The position numbers and the translations under genes are program-made. This document shows, one piece after another, positions 31,008 to 40,125 of a DNA stretch of 59,207 nt (positions within the stretch are counted from its first letter, which is position 1; every line of letters starts with the position of its first letter). This DNA comes from Candidatus Eiseniibacteriota bacterium. GTDB lineage: Bacteria > Eisenbacteria > RBG-16-71-46. The stretch lies in assembly GCA_025357055.1 (NCBI GenBank), contig JANXPZ010000130.1, positions 1 through 59,207 on the forward strand, given 5' to 3'. The notes beneath the pieces were generated by a model that was given only the letters and a program-made list of their open reading frames with translations, did not search any database and was not told the DNA's origin.

Positions 31008-31927
31008 CCGCGCTCGCCGCGCTGCCGCCGCTCTGCGCGCTGGTGCTCGCGCCCCTGCTGCCCGGGATCATCACCCGCACGCGCTGCTGGCTCACCGGGC
31101 GCCGGGGCCCGCCGCTGCTGCAGACTTACACGGACATCGGCAAGCTGCTGGCGAAGGGCGCAGTCTACAGCCGCACCACCACCGCGGTGTTCCGCGCCGG
31201 CCCGCTGGTGGGCCTCGCCGCGGTCGTGACGGCCGCGGCGATGGTGCCCTTCGGCACCGCGGCCGCGCCGCTGGCGTTCCCCGGCGACCTCATCCTGCTC
31301 TGCGGCCTGCTGGCGCTGATGCGCTTCGCCACCGTGCTCGCCGCGCTCGACACCGGCTCGGCCTTCGAGGGCATGGGCGCCAGCCGCGAGGTGCAGTTCG
31401 CCGCCCTCGCCGAGCCCGCGCTGGTGCTGGCGCTGGCGGTGGTCGTGCGCAGCACCGGGAACCTGTCCCTCAGCGGCGCCTTCGGCGCGCTGACGTCCGC
31501 CGCCTGGGCGAGCGAGGGCGCGGCCCTGGTGCTGGTGCTCGGCACGCTGTTCGTGGTCTACCTGACCGAGAACGCCCGCGTGCCGGTGGACGACCCGGGC
31601 ACGCACCTCGAACTGACCATGATCCACGAGGTCATGGTGCTCGACCACGGCGGGCCCGACCTCGGGCTCATCCACTACGCCGCCGCGCTCAAGCTGTGGG
31701 TGCTGGGCGCGCTGCTGGTCGGCGTCGCGCTGCCGGTGCAGGACCTCATGCCCTGGGCGGGGCTGCTCGTCGCGCTCGCGGGGATGCTCGTGCTGGCGGT
31801 GCTGGTCGGTGTGGTGGAGACGGTGATGGCGCGGCTGAAGCTGCTGCGCGTGCCGCAACTGCTGGTCGGCGCGACCGCGCTCGCGGTGCTGGCGGTGGTG
31901 CTGGTGATGCGGGGCCGGGTCGGATGA
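31004..31927 (+). CDS. hyfC: Hydrogenase-4 component C / NuoH-like membrane subunit
   Basis: GRRGPPLLQ, DTGSAFEGMGASRE, ENARVPVDDP.THLELTMIHEVM; ATGA overlap. Confidence 0.9.
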   Translation: MTALAALPPLCALVLAPLLPGIITRTRCWLTGRRGPPLLQTYTDIGKLLAKGAVYSRTTTAVFRAGPLVGLAAVVTAAAMVPFGTAAAPLAFPGDLILLCGLLALMRFATVLAALDTGSAFEGMGASREVQFAALAEPALVLALAVVVRSTGNLSLSGAFGALTSAAWASEGAALVLVLGTLFVVYLTENARVPVDDPGTHLELTMIHEVMVLDHGGPDLGLIHYAAALKLWVLGALLVGVALPVQDLMPWAGLLVALAGMLVLAVLVGVVETVMARLKLLRVPQLLVGATALAVLAVVLVMRGRVG

Positions 31928-32105
31928 ACGAGGGCCGCGGGATGAAGGACTCGGCCGCGTCGGGCCCTGCTCGCGGCCACGGGGCTCGAGGCGGTGGCGT
32001 GCGCCTTCGTCAAGATCGGCATGCTCTGGATGCGCCGGTCGTGAGGTCGCCTGCCATGCACGGGACGCCATCGGGGCCGGGGCTGAGAGCCGACAGGAGC
32101 CACCC

Positions 32106-32783
32106 ATGCAACTGACCCTCCGCGAAGCGACCACCTACCTCGGGGTCAACGAGGACACGGTGCGGCGCTGGATCAAGAGCCGTGGGCTGCCGGCGCACCG
32201 CGTGAACGAGCGGCTCATGCTCAACGCGATCGAGCTCTGGGAGTGGGCGACCGAGAACGGCGTCGCGGTCTCGCGCGACCTGCTCGAGCGGGAGCGCGGC
32301 TCGCCCGAGTCGGTCCCACCGCTCGGCGACATGCTCGAGGCCGGGGGCATCCACCACGACGTCGGCGGCGAGGACCGCTCGGCGGTGCTGCGCGAGGTGG
32401 TGGCGCGCCTGCCGCTGCCGCCCGGCACGGATCGCGCGTTCGTCGAGGCGGTGCTCGAAGCCCGCGAGGCGATGGGCTCGACCGGGATCGGCGCCGGCAT
32501 CGCCATCCCGCACGTGCGCAACCCGCTGCTGCTGGGCGCGGGCGAGCCGCGCGTGATGCTCTGCCTGCTGCGCCACCCGATCGAGTTCGACGCGGTGGAC
32601 GGGCTGCCGGTCTACGCGCTCTTCACCGTGGTCAGCTCCACGGTGCCGGCGCACCTGAAGATCCTCGCGCGGCTGGGCTTCGCGCTCCACGACCCGGAAC
32701 TGCGCGGGCTGCTGCGGGACCGCGCCCCGGCCGCCGACCTCCTGTCGCGCGTGCGCGCGATCGACGCGCCGAAGGGGGGCTGA
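32106..32783 (+). CDS. Excisionase-type HTH fused to a PTS EIIA (PtsN/fructose-type) domain
   Basis: LTLREATTYLGVNEDTVRRWIK..LPA (HTH_17-like), then RE.MGSTGIG.GIAIPH (phospho-His), DG.PV and HLKILA. AGGAG RBS. Confidence 0.88.
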   Translation: MQLTLREATTYLGVNEDTVRRWIKSRGLPAHRVNERLMLNAIELWEWATENGVAVSRDLLERERGSPESVPPLGDMLEAGGIHHDVGGEDRSAVLREVVARLPLPPGTDRAFVEAVLEAREAMGSTGIGAGIAIPHVRNPLLLGAGEPRVMLCLLRHPIEFDAVDGLPVYALFTVVSSTVPAHLKILARLGFALHDPELRGLLRDRAPAADLLSRVRAIDAPKGG

Positions 32784-32785
32784 GC

Positions 32786-33427
32786 ATGGAACGGCTCGGC
32801 GACGCGCTCCTGCTGCTGGTGCTGCTCACGGACCTCGCGCTGCTGGTCACCGACCGGCTGAGCGGCTCCATCCGGCTGGTCGCGCTCCAGGGCGTGCTGC
32901 TCGGGCTGGCGCCGCTCACCCTGGCGCACGGCGCCTCGCTCCACCTGGCCGCCATCGTGGCCGGGACGATCGCCATCAAGGCGGTGGTGCTGCCGCGCAT
33001 CCTGCTGTGGGCGATCCGTGAGGCGGAGGTGCGGCACGAGCGCCAGCCCTCGATCGGCCATCTGCCCTCGCTGCTGCTGGGGCTGGCGGTCACGGGCATC
33101 GCCTTCCTCGTCGCGGCCCGCCTGCCGGCGCTGCCGGGGAACTCGCTGCCGCTGCTGATCCCGGTCGCGCTGTCCACGCTGATGATCGGCTTCCTGCTGC
33201 TCACCAGCCGGCGCAAGGCGCTCTCGCAGGTGCTGGGCTACCTGGTGCTCGAGAACGGGATCTACCTCTTCGGGCTCACGCTGGCCGACCGCCTGCCGCT
33301 GCTGGTCGAGATGGGCGTGCTGCTGGACGTGTTCGTGGGCGCGTTGATCATGGGTCTCGTGGTCTTCCAGATCCAGCGCGAGCTCGAGACGCTCGACTCG
33401 CGCGAACTGTCGCAGCTCACCGACTGA
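32786..33427 (+). CDS. hyfE: Hydrogenase-4 component E-like membrane subunit
   Basis: ALQG, IKAVVLP, SQVLGYLVLENGIY, EMGVLLDV. Confidence 0.87.
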   Translation: MERLGDALLLLVLLTDLALLVTDRLSGSIRLVALQGVLLGLAPLTLAHGASLHLAAIVAGTIAIKAVVLPRILLWAIREAEVRHERQPSIGHLPSLLLGLAVTGIAFLVAARLPALPGNSLPLLIPVALSTLMIGFLLLTSRRKALSQVLGYLVLENGIYLFGLTLADRLPLLVEMGVLLDVFVGALIMGLVVFQIQRELETLDSRELSQLTD

Positions 33428-34869
33428 TGCTCCTGCCCGCGCTGGTCCTGGTCCCGCTGCTCGGCGCGCTCGCCGCGTACCTCGACCGCTCGACCGCACG
33501 GCGCTCGCTCTGGATCGTCGTCTGCGCCGTGCTCCACTTCGGCCTGGTGGCGCTGGCCTGGTGCCTGCGGCCGGCGCCCGCGGGCCCCGGCTGGCTGGCG
33601 TTCGATCCGCTCGGCGGGCTGGTGCTCACGCTCACGAGTGTCGTGTTCCTCGCGGTCGCGCTCTACTCGGTGGGCTACCAGCGCCACGAGCGGCTGCGCG
33701 GGGGGCGGGCGTACGCGAGCTGCCTGCTCGCCTTCCTGGCCGCCGCGACGGTGATCACGCTGACCCGGCACTTCGGGCTGCTCTGGGTGGCGATGGAAGC
33801 CACCACGCTCGCGACCGCGCCGCTCATCTACGATCCCGCGGACCGTCGCTCGCTCGAGGCGGTCTGGAAGTACCTGGTGGTCTGCTCCGTGGGCATCGCG
33901 GTCGCGCTGCTCGGCATCTTCTTCCTCGCCACCGCGCAGATCGCGGGGGGTGCCGCCACCGGGCGCCCGCTCCTGCTGGAGGACCTGCTGGCCGCGGGCC
34001 CGCTCCTGCACCCGGCCTGGCTGCGGGGCTCGTTCGTCTTCGTGCTCATCGGCTTCGGCACCAAGATGGGCCTGGCCCCGATGCACACCTGGCTGCCCGA
34101 CGCGCACGGCGAGGCGCCCTCGCCGATCTCGGCGCTGCTCTCGGGGGCGCTGCTGAACCTGGCGTTCCTGGCGATCCTGCGGGAGCTGGCGGTGCTGCGG
34201 GCGGCGGGCCAGGGTGACTTCGCGGGACCGCTGCTGGTGGGCTTCGGACTGTTCTCCGTCGCGGTGGCGGCCGCGTTCCTGTTCGGGCAGGGCAACTACA
34301 AGCGCATGCTGGCCTACTCGAGCGTGGAGCACATGGGGATCCTCGCGGTGGGCGCGGGGCTCGCCGGGGTCGCGACCTACGGCGCGTTGCTGCACGTGCT
34401 GAGCGCCTCGCTCGCCAAGGCGTTGCTCTTCCTGGTCGCGGGCAACGTGTGGCAGGCCACCGGCACCAAGCGCACGCGCGAGGTCACGGGCCTGGCGCGC
34501 CGGCTGCCGGTGAGCGCCGCACTGCTGGTCGCGGGGTTCCTGGCCATCAGCGGCTCGCCGCCCTTCGGCCCGTTCCTGAGCGAGTTCACCCTGCTCACGG
34601 GCGCGGTGCGCTCGGGTGCCACCGGCACGGTCGTGGCGCTGCTGACGCTGCAGGCGCTGATCTTCATCTCGATGGGCTCGGCCGTGCTCGGCATGGTGCT
34701 GGGGCGCCCGGCCGCGGGGACCACGCCCGCGCCGCGTGAGAGCCTCTGGCTGGTCGCGCCGCCGGCGGCGCTGCTCGCGCTCGTGCTGCTGCTGGGCGTC
34801 TGGCTCCCGGAGGGCCTGCGGCAGGCGCTGGCCGCGGCCGCCGTGGGGATCGGGGGCACGGCGCCATGA
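33427..34869 (+). CDS. hyfF: Hydrogenase-4 component F-like antiporter-type membrane subunit
   Basis: LWVAMEATTL, SLEAVWKY, GTKMGLAPMHTWLPDAHGEAPSP, KRMLAYSSVEHMG. Confidence 0.9.
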   Translation: MLLPALVLVPLLGALAAYLDRSTARRSLWIVVCAVLHFGLVALAWCLRPAPAGPGWLAFDPLGGLVLTLTSVVFLAVALYSVGYQRHERLRGGRAYASCLLAFLAAATVITLTRHFGLLWVAMEATTLATAPLIYDPADRRSLEAVWKYLVVCSVGIAVALLGIFFLATAQIAGGAATGRPLLLEDLLAAGPLLHPAWLRGSFVFVLIGFGTKMGLAPMHTWLPDAHGEAPSPISALLSGALLNLAFLAILRELAVLRAAGQGDFAGPLLVGFGLFSVAVAAAFLFGQGNYKRMLAYSSVEHMGILAVGAGLAGVATYGALLHVLSASLAKALLFLVAGNVWQATGTKRTREVTGLARRLPVSAALLVAGFLAISGSPPFGPFLSEFTLLTGAVRSGATGTVVALLTLQALIFISMGSAVLGMVLGRPAAGTTPAPRESLWLVAPPAALLALVLLLGVWLPEGLRQALAAAAVGIGGTAP

Positions 34870-36380
34870 GACTTCCCGGGCCCGAGGGCTTCCGCAACCG
34901 GCGCAGCATCCCGTGGGCGGAGGTGCCGTGCCGCGAGGTGGAGGAGTTCCGCGCCGAGGTCGCGGGCGCGATCGCCGAAGGGGCGCGGCTGGTCTCGTTC
35001 TTCGGCATGCCCGAGGACGACGCGCGCACGCGCCTGGTCGCCGTGCTCGCCGACGACGATCGGGCGACGCTCGGGGTGAGCAGCGCGGTGGTCGGTGCGG
35101 GCTATCCCGCGCTGACGCCCGAATGCCCGCAGGCCCACCTCTTCGAGCGTGAGATCGCCGAGCAGTGCGGCGTCATGCCCGAGGGACACCCGTGGCTCAA
35201 GCCGGTGCGCCGCCACCCGCCCGACCACCTGCCGTCCGCGCGGCGCGCGGCGGAGGCGGATCGCGAGGCCTACCCGTTCTTCCAGGTGACGGGGGAGGAG
35301 GTGCACGAGGTGGCGGTGGGGCCGGTGCACGCGGGCATCATCGAGCCCGGGCACTTCCGCTTCCAGGCCCACGGCGAGGACGTGCTGTTCCTCGAGATCG
35401 TGCTGGGCTACCAGCACCGCGGGGTCGAGCGCCTGCTCGAGACGCTGCCGCCCGCGCAGGCCATGCTGGTCGCGGAGTCCATCGCCGGCGACACGGCGAT
35501 CGGCCACGCCGAGGCGTTCTGCGGCGCGTTCGAGGCGCTGTCGCGCTGCCGCAAGCCGCCGCGGTCGCAGTCGGTGCGCGGTTGCGCGCTGGAGCTCGAG
35601 CGGCTGGCGAACCACATCGGTGACCTGGGCGCGCTCGCCGGCGACGTGGCCTTCACCCCGACGGCCGCGATCTGCGGGCGCGTGCGCGGCGACGTGCTCA
35701 ACCTGCTGCTGGCGCTCTCGGGCAACCGCTTCGGGCGTGGCCTGGTGCGCCCGGGCGGCGTGGGATTCGATCTGACGGCGGCGCTGGCCGGGGAGCTGCG
35801 CGCGCGCCTCACCGCGATCGCCGCGGAGTTCGAGCAGGCGGCGGGGCTCTTCTTCGGGAGCGAGTCGGTGCAGGGGCGGATCGAGGGCACGGGCGTGGTG
35901 CCGGCCGCGAGCTGCCGGGAGCTGGGCTTCGTCGGCCCCACGGCCCGCGCCTCGGGCGTGGCGCGCGACGTGCGCCAGGACCATCCCTGGGGCCTCTATC
36001 GCTTCGCCCACATCCCCACCGCGATCGAGACCACGGGCGACGTCGCGGGGCGCGCGATGGTGCGCGTGATCGAGGCGCGGCGCTCCTTCGGGTTCCTGCA
36101 GGAGCAGCTGGCGGCGCTGCCGTGGGGCGGCGAGCTGCGCGTCATTCCCGGAGCGCTGGTGCCCGGCGAACTGGTGGTGGCCCTGGCGGAGGGCTGGCGC
36201 GGCGAGATCGCGCACGTCGCCGTGACCGACGAGGGCGGGCGCGTGCGGCGCTGGAAGGTCACGGACCCGTCGTTCCACGACTGGACCGCGCTGGCCGTGG
36301 CGATGGCCGGCACGCCCATCTCGGACTTCCCGCTCTGCAACAAGAGCTTCAACCTGTCGTACGCCGGCCATGACCTGTAG
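34866..36380 (+). CDS. ehrL: HycE/HyfG-like (NuoC+D) large subunit lacking NiFe-binding cysteines (Ehr large subunit)
   Basis: VGPVHAGIIEPGHFRF, LGYQHRG and EGWRGE are present. ESIAGD replaces RxCGxC and PLCNKSFNLSY replaces DPCxxC. Confidence 0.88.
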   Translation: MRLPGPEGFRNRRSIPWAEVPCREVEEFRAEVAGAIAEGARLVSFFGMPEDDARTRLVAVLADDDRATLGVSSAVVGAGYPALTPECPQAHLFEREIAEQCGVMPEGHPWLKPVRRHPPDHLPSARRAAEADREAYPFFQVTGEEVHEVAVGPVHAGIIEPGHFRFQAHGEDVLFLEIVLGYQHRGVERLLETLPPAQAMLVAESIAGDTAIGHAEAFCGAFEALSRCRKPPRSQSVRGCALELERLANHIGDLGALAGDVAFTPTAAICGRVRGDVLNLLLALSGNRFGRGLVRPGGVGFDLTAALAGELRARLTAIAAEFEQAAGLFFGSESVQGRIEGTGVVPAASCRELGFVGPTARASGVARDVRQDHPWGLYRFAHIPTAIETTGDVAGRAMVRVIEARRSFGFLQEQLAALPWGGELRVIPGALVPGELVVALAEGWRGEIAHVAVTDEGGRVRRWKVTDPSFHDWTALAVAMAGTPISDFPLCNKSFNLSYAGHDL

Positions 36381-36455
36381 ACGCGGAGGAACTGCGGACG
36401 TCCTGCGTCGCGGGCCGGGAGCGCGAAGGGCGCGGTGTGCGCAGCGGGGGTCGTC

Positions 36456-37229
36456 ATGTTGAAGTACCTGCTCGGCCGGCTGCGCCGGGGCAGCCACACG
36501 CTGCCCTACCCGCGCACGGTCCCCACGCTGCCCGAACGCTACCGCGGCCGGCCGGTGCTCGATCGCACGCTCTGTCCGGACGGTTGCAGGGCCTGTGCGG
36601 CCGCGGCGCCCACCGGCTTCCTGCGGCTGGACGCCGGCGGCGTGCCCGCGCTGGACCTGGGCGCCTGCCGCTTCAGCCCGGAGGAGTCCGCTGCGTGCCC
36701 GGCCAGCGCGATCCGCTTCAGCGGTGAGCACCGCATGGCCACCTCCGCGCGCGAAGCGCTCGTCACACCGACGGGCGAGGTCGAGCTGGCGCACGCGCTG
36801 GAGGCTTCGGCGCGCCGGCTCTTCGGGCGCTCGCTCCGGTTGCGCTCGGTGGTGGCGGGCAGTTGCGGAGGCTGCGAGCCGGACATCGCGGTGCTGGGCA
36901 CCGTGGTCTTCGACCTCGCGCGCTTCGGCATCCAGTTCGTGGCCTCGCCGCGACACGCGGACGGCATCGTCGTCACGGGCGTGGTCAACCCGAACATGCG
37001 CCTGGCGCTCGAGAAGACCTGGCAGGCCGTGCCCGAGCCACGGCTCGTCATCGCGGTGGGCGCCTGCGCCCTCTCGGGCGGGCCGTTCGCGGCGAGCCTG
37101 CAGGGCGGGACGGGCGTGCCGGCGGAACTGCCGGTGGACCTGTGCGTGCCGGGCTGCCCGCCCCATCCGCTCACGCTGCTGGACGGGCTGCTGCGCCTGC
37201 TGGGCAGGCTCGAACGTGGAGAGCGCTGA
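36456..37229 (+). CDS. ehrS: Degenerate ferredoxin domain fused to a NuoB/HyfI-like Fe-S small subunit
   Basis: YRGRP, partial Cys motifs (CPDGCRAC..; GACRF..ACP), then GSCGGCE, SPRHAD, GACA and PGCPPHP. Confidence 0.85.
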   Translation: MLKYLLGRLRRGSHTLPYPRTVPTLPERYRGRPVLDRTLCPDGCRACAAAAPTGFLRLDAGGVPALDLGACRFSPEESAACPASAIRFSGEHRMATSAREALVTPTGEVELAHALEASARRLFGRSLRLRSVVAGSCGGCEPDIAVLGTVVFDLARFGIQFVASPRHADGIVVTGVVNPNMRLALEKTWQAVPEPRLVIAVGACALSGGPFAASLQGGTGVPAELPVDLCVPGCPPHPLTLLDGLLRLLGRLERGER

Positions 37230-37241
37230 GGCAGCGCCCGC

Positions 37242-37889
37242 TCAGCGCGTCGTGACCACCTCGACGCCGCGCTCGCGCAGCAACTCGCGGATCTTGGTCT
37301 TCACCAGGTCGATGGCCACCTTGTTGTGGCCGCCCTCGGGGATGATGACGTCGGCCCAGCGCTTCGACGGCTCCACGAACTGCATGTGCATGGGCCGCAC
37401 GCTCTCCTCGTACTGACGGATGATGCTGTCCACCGAGCGTCCGCGCTCCACCAGGTCGCGCCGCAGGCGCCGGATGAAGCGCACGTCGGCGTCCGCGTCG
37501 ATGAACAGCTTGATGTCCATCAGCTCGCGCAGCTCGGCGTCGGTGAAGATGAGGATGCCCTCGAGCACGATGATGAGGTGCTCGCCGATGTGGCGGGTCT
37601 CGTCCAGACGGCGGTGGTCGGTGTAGTCGTAGATGGGCTGTTCGATCGATTCCCCCGACAGCAGCTCGCGGATGTGGCGCGTGAGCAGTCCGTTGTCGAA
37701 GGCGTCGGGATGATCGAAGTTGCGGGATTCGCGGTCGAGGAAGGGGATGTTCTCGAGGTTCTTGTAGTAGGAGTCCTGGTCGATGATGACGACTCTTCCG
37801 GACCCCAGGTCGCGCACGATGTTCCGCGCGACCAGTGTCTTGCCGGAACCCGACCCCCCGGCGATCCCGATGAGGATTCGTCGCACCAT
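37242..37889 (-). CDS. udk: Uridine kinase
   Basis: IAGGSGSGKT, QDSYY, NFDHPDAFD, LEGIL, RRLRRDLVERGR, FVEPSK..AD.IIP. Confidence 0.95.
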   Translation of the reverse strand: MVRRILIGIAGGSGSGKTLVARNIVRDLGSGRVVIIDQDSYYKNLENIPFLDRESRNFDHPDAFDNGLLTRHIRELLSGESIEQPIYDYTDHRRLDETRHIGEHLIIVLEGILIFTDAELRELMDIKLFIDADADVRFIRRLRRDLVERGRSVDSIIRQYEESVRPMHMQFVEPSKRWADVIIPEGGHNKVAIDLVKTKIRELLRERGVEVVTTR

Positions 37890-37898
37890 CGGGACCGC

Positions 37899-37928
37899 AA
37901 GTTAGCATCCGGCTCGCGTGGGGGTCAA
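37899..37928 (-). promoter_or_regulatory. Sigma-70-like promoter of udk (TTGACC-18-TAACTT with TGn), ATG 9 nt downstream
   Basis: Read on the minus strand; no SD. Confidence 0.5.
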
Positions 37929-37965
37929 CGAGCCGCCGCCGGCGCCGGGTGGCCGGACTGGCGCG

Positions 37966-39321
37966 TCAGGGCTTCGGCAAGAGGAGCAGGGTCGCCCGGT
38001 GCCTCGGATCCCGCAGCCAGTTCGCCCAGAAGGCGAACTCCGGCGACACGCCGACGTCGAAGCGGCGGCGGTATTCGGCCCAGAACACCTCGTTCCCCCA
38101 GAGCGCCTGGGAGGCGAGCGAGGTGCAGAGGAAGGTGAGCGCCGCCGGGTCGCGCCGCACGCCGTCGAGGAGCGCCCGGGGCATCGGCCCGCCCATCATC
38201 CAGAGCAGGTTGTGGCGGATGCTGCCGTAGTTCTCGCGTTCGATGATCCCGGCGCGCAGCTCCTCGACGGCCCCTTGCAGGACCCCCTCGGTGCTCCGGG
38301 GGTCGGGGGCTGACAGCGGGAGGGTGGGCGGGTAGAAGCGCGCGAAGCCGGGATCCTCCAGCAGCGAGTACTGGAAGCGCGTGGTGAGCGGGGCGGCGGG
38401 CGGGCCCCAGGACTGCTTGACGAACCCGCCCAGCACGAGCAGGGCCATGTGGAACGACGGGTGGAGGGTGTCCGAGAGCGCCGGCGCCATGAGGCCCACG
38501 ACGGCCACCGGCGCGTCCGTTCCGGACGGTCTGCGAACGACCGTGACCGAGTCGAGACGCGAAGCCGGGAGGGCGGGGAGGCGCTCGCCCGCGGGCAGGG
38601 CGCCGAACTCGCTGTCGATGATAGATCGCAGGTCCAGGCCCGAGAGGTCGCCGGCCAGCACGAGCACGCCGTTCGCCGGGACGTAGGCCCGGGCGATGGC
38701 CTGCTGCACGCTGGCGGGTGTCTCGCGGTCCAGGCCCCTGGCCGCGGCCAGCGCGGCGATGGCCTCCTGGTCCAGGCCGCGGGCATACTCGCGCACCTGC
38801 CAGTAGAGGGTCTGGTCCGCGGTGCCGGAGTATCTCTCTCCCAGCGTCCGGCGCACCGTCACGAGCGCGGCTTGAAGGTCTGCGTCCGTCACCGTCACCC
38901 CGCGCATCCGCCCGGCGATCTGGTGCAGCACCCCGGGGAATTGAGCGGTCGTGGCGGTCTCGCTGAACAGGGTCTGGCGGCGGCTCACGCGCATGCTCCA
39001 GCCCTGCGGCCGAAGGCTCTCCATCTCGTCGCGCGTGCGCTCGGGAGTGTCGCCTGCCGGGGCGGTGAAGGCCACCTCGGCCAGCAGCGAAGCCAGTCCG
39101 GGCCGGTCGGCGGGATCGTGATCCTGCCCGATACGGTAGCCCCAGGCGATGGAGATCGCGCGGGCGCCGGACACGTCGCGCGCCACGACCTCGAGGCCGT
39201 TGGGCAGCGTCCAGCGCTCCACGGTCGTGCCGTCCTCGAGCGGGAGAGGCTCGGCCAGGGTGGTCCGCGCCGCGAACAGCGCGCACAGGATCAGCAGGGT
39301 GCGGATCGCATTTCGGCTCAC
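37966..39321 (-). CDS. Secreted peptidase M16 (insulinase)-like protein, probably inactive
   Basis: Signal peptide, TLPNGLEV, DP..RPGLASLLAEV (HxxEH absent), YVPAN.VLVLAGD. GGAG RBS before GTG 39321. Confidence 0.72.
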   Translation of the reverse strand: MSRNAIRTLLILCALFAARTTLAEPLPLEDGTTVERWTLPNGLEVVARDVSGARAISIAWGYRIGQDHDPADRPGLASLLAEVAFTAPAGDTPERTRDEMESLRPQGWSMRVSRRQTLFSETATTAQFPGVLHQIAGRMRGVTVTDADLQAALVTVRRTLGERYSGTADQTLYWQVREYARGLDQEAIAALAAARGLDRETPASVQQAIARAYVPANGVLVLAGDLSGLDLRSIIDSEFGALPAGERLPALPASRLDSVTVVRRPSGTDAPVAVVGLMAPALSDTLHPSFHMALLVLGGFVKQSWGPPAAPLTTRFQYSLLEDPGFARFYPPTLPLSAPDPRSTEGVLQGAVEELRAGIIERENYGSIRHNLLWMMGGPMPRALLDGVRRDPAALTFLCTSLASQALWGNEVFWAEYRRRFDVGVSPEFAFWANWLRDPRHRATLLLLPKP

Positions 39322-39473
39322 TTGGACTCCTCGGCTGGGACGGCCCGGGCCGCCAGGACGATCGTGGACGCGTCCCCATTCTAGAGGCTCGGGGCGCATC
39401 GCGCATCCCGGGCGGGGATCCGCGGCCGCCCCTGGTACGCGTCCGGTGTCGCGCGCCAGGCCGCGCCGTGCGC

Positions 39474-39502
39474 TTGACCCCTCCGGTCGCGCTCCCTAGA
39501 CT
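39474..39502 (+). promoter_or_regulatory. Sigma-70-like promoter of rpiB-add (TTGACC-17-TAGACT), ATG 9 nt downstream
   Basis: Read directly; no SD. Confidence 0.55.
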
Positions 39503-39511
39503 CGCGTTCCC

Positions 39512-40087
39512 ATGCACGAATACGACGAGTCCGAGGTCCGCCGCCTGGTACGCGAGGCCGTGGACCGCTCGCTGGGCCCGGTGCCCGCCCCCGCCGCGCG
39601 ACCTGCGAGCCCCGCGAGCCCGTCCCCCTCGATCCGCCGGGTCGCCCTCGGCTCCGATCATGGCGGATTCGAGCTCAAGGAGGTGCTCCGTCAGTACATC
39701 GCGGAGGAGCTGGGCTGGGAGGTCCACGACTGCGGCACGCACTCCACCGACACGGTGGACTATCCCGACTACGCCGCCGCGGTGGCACGCGAGGTCGCGG
39801 CCGGCCGTTGCAGCCTCGGCATCGTGGTGGACGCGGCGGGCATCGGCTCGGCGATGGCGGCGAACAAGATCGCCGGCGTGCGCTGTGCCGTGGGCCACGA
39901 CGACCGCACCGTGCTCAACAGTCGCGAGCACAACGACGCCAACATGCTCTCGCTCGGCGCGCGCATCGTGAACCGCGGGCTCGCGCAGCGGCTCGCGCGC
40001 CTGTTCCTCACGACTCCCTTCGCCGGCGGTCGCCACGAGCGCCGGGTGCAGAAGATCATGGCGCTCGAGCGCGGCTCCGGCCGGTAG
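39512..40087 (+). CDS. rpiB: Ribose-5-phosphate isomerase B family protein with an N-terminal extension
   Basis: LGSDHGG, VDYPDYA, GIGSAMAANKIAGVR, SREHNDANML, FAGGRHERRV. The usual CGTG reads DAAG. Confidence 0.88.
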   Translation: MHEYDESEVRRLVREAVDRSLGPVPAPAARPASPASPSPSIRRVALGSDHGGFELKEVLRQYIAEELGWEVHDCGTHSTDTVDYPDYAAAVAREVAAGRCSLGIVVDAAGIGSAMAANKIAGVRCAVGHDDRTVLNSREHNDANMLSLGARIVNRGLAQRLARLFLTTPFAGGRHERRVQKIMALERGSGR

Positions 40088-40125
40088 CGGCGCCCCGGAC
40101 CCGACACCCCGACCCCCCGAGGCCC

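Noticed and set aside
32106-32783. Excisionase-like HTH as evidence of a prophage or integrative element
   Set aside because: It is fused to a PTS EIIA domain inside a metabolic operon; no integrase, att site or phage genes are present.
34866-36380. Second functional [NiFe]-hydrogenase or formate hydrogenlyase
   Set aside because: Both NiFe-binding CxxC motifs are absent and no formate dehydrogenase is nearby.
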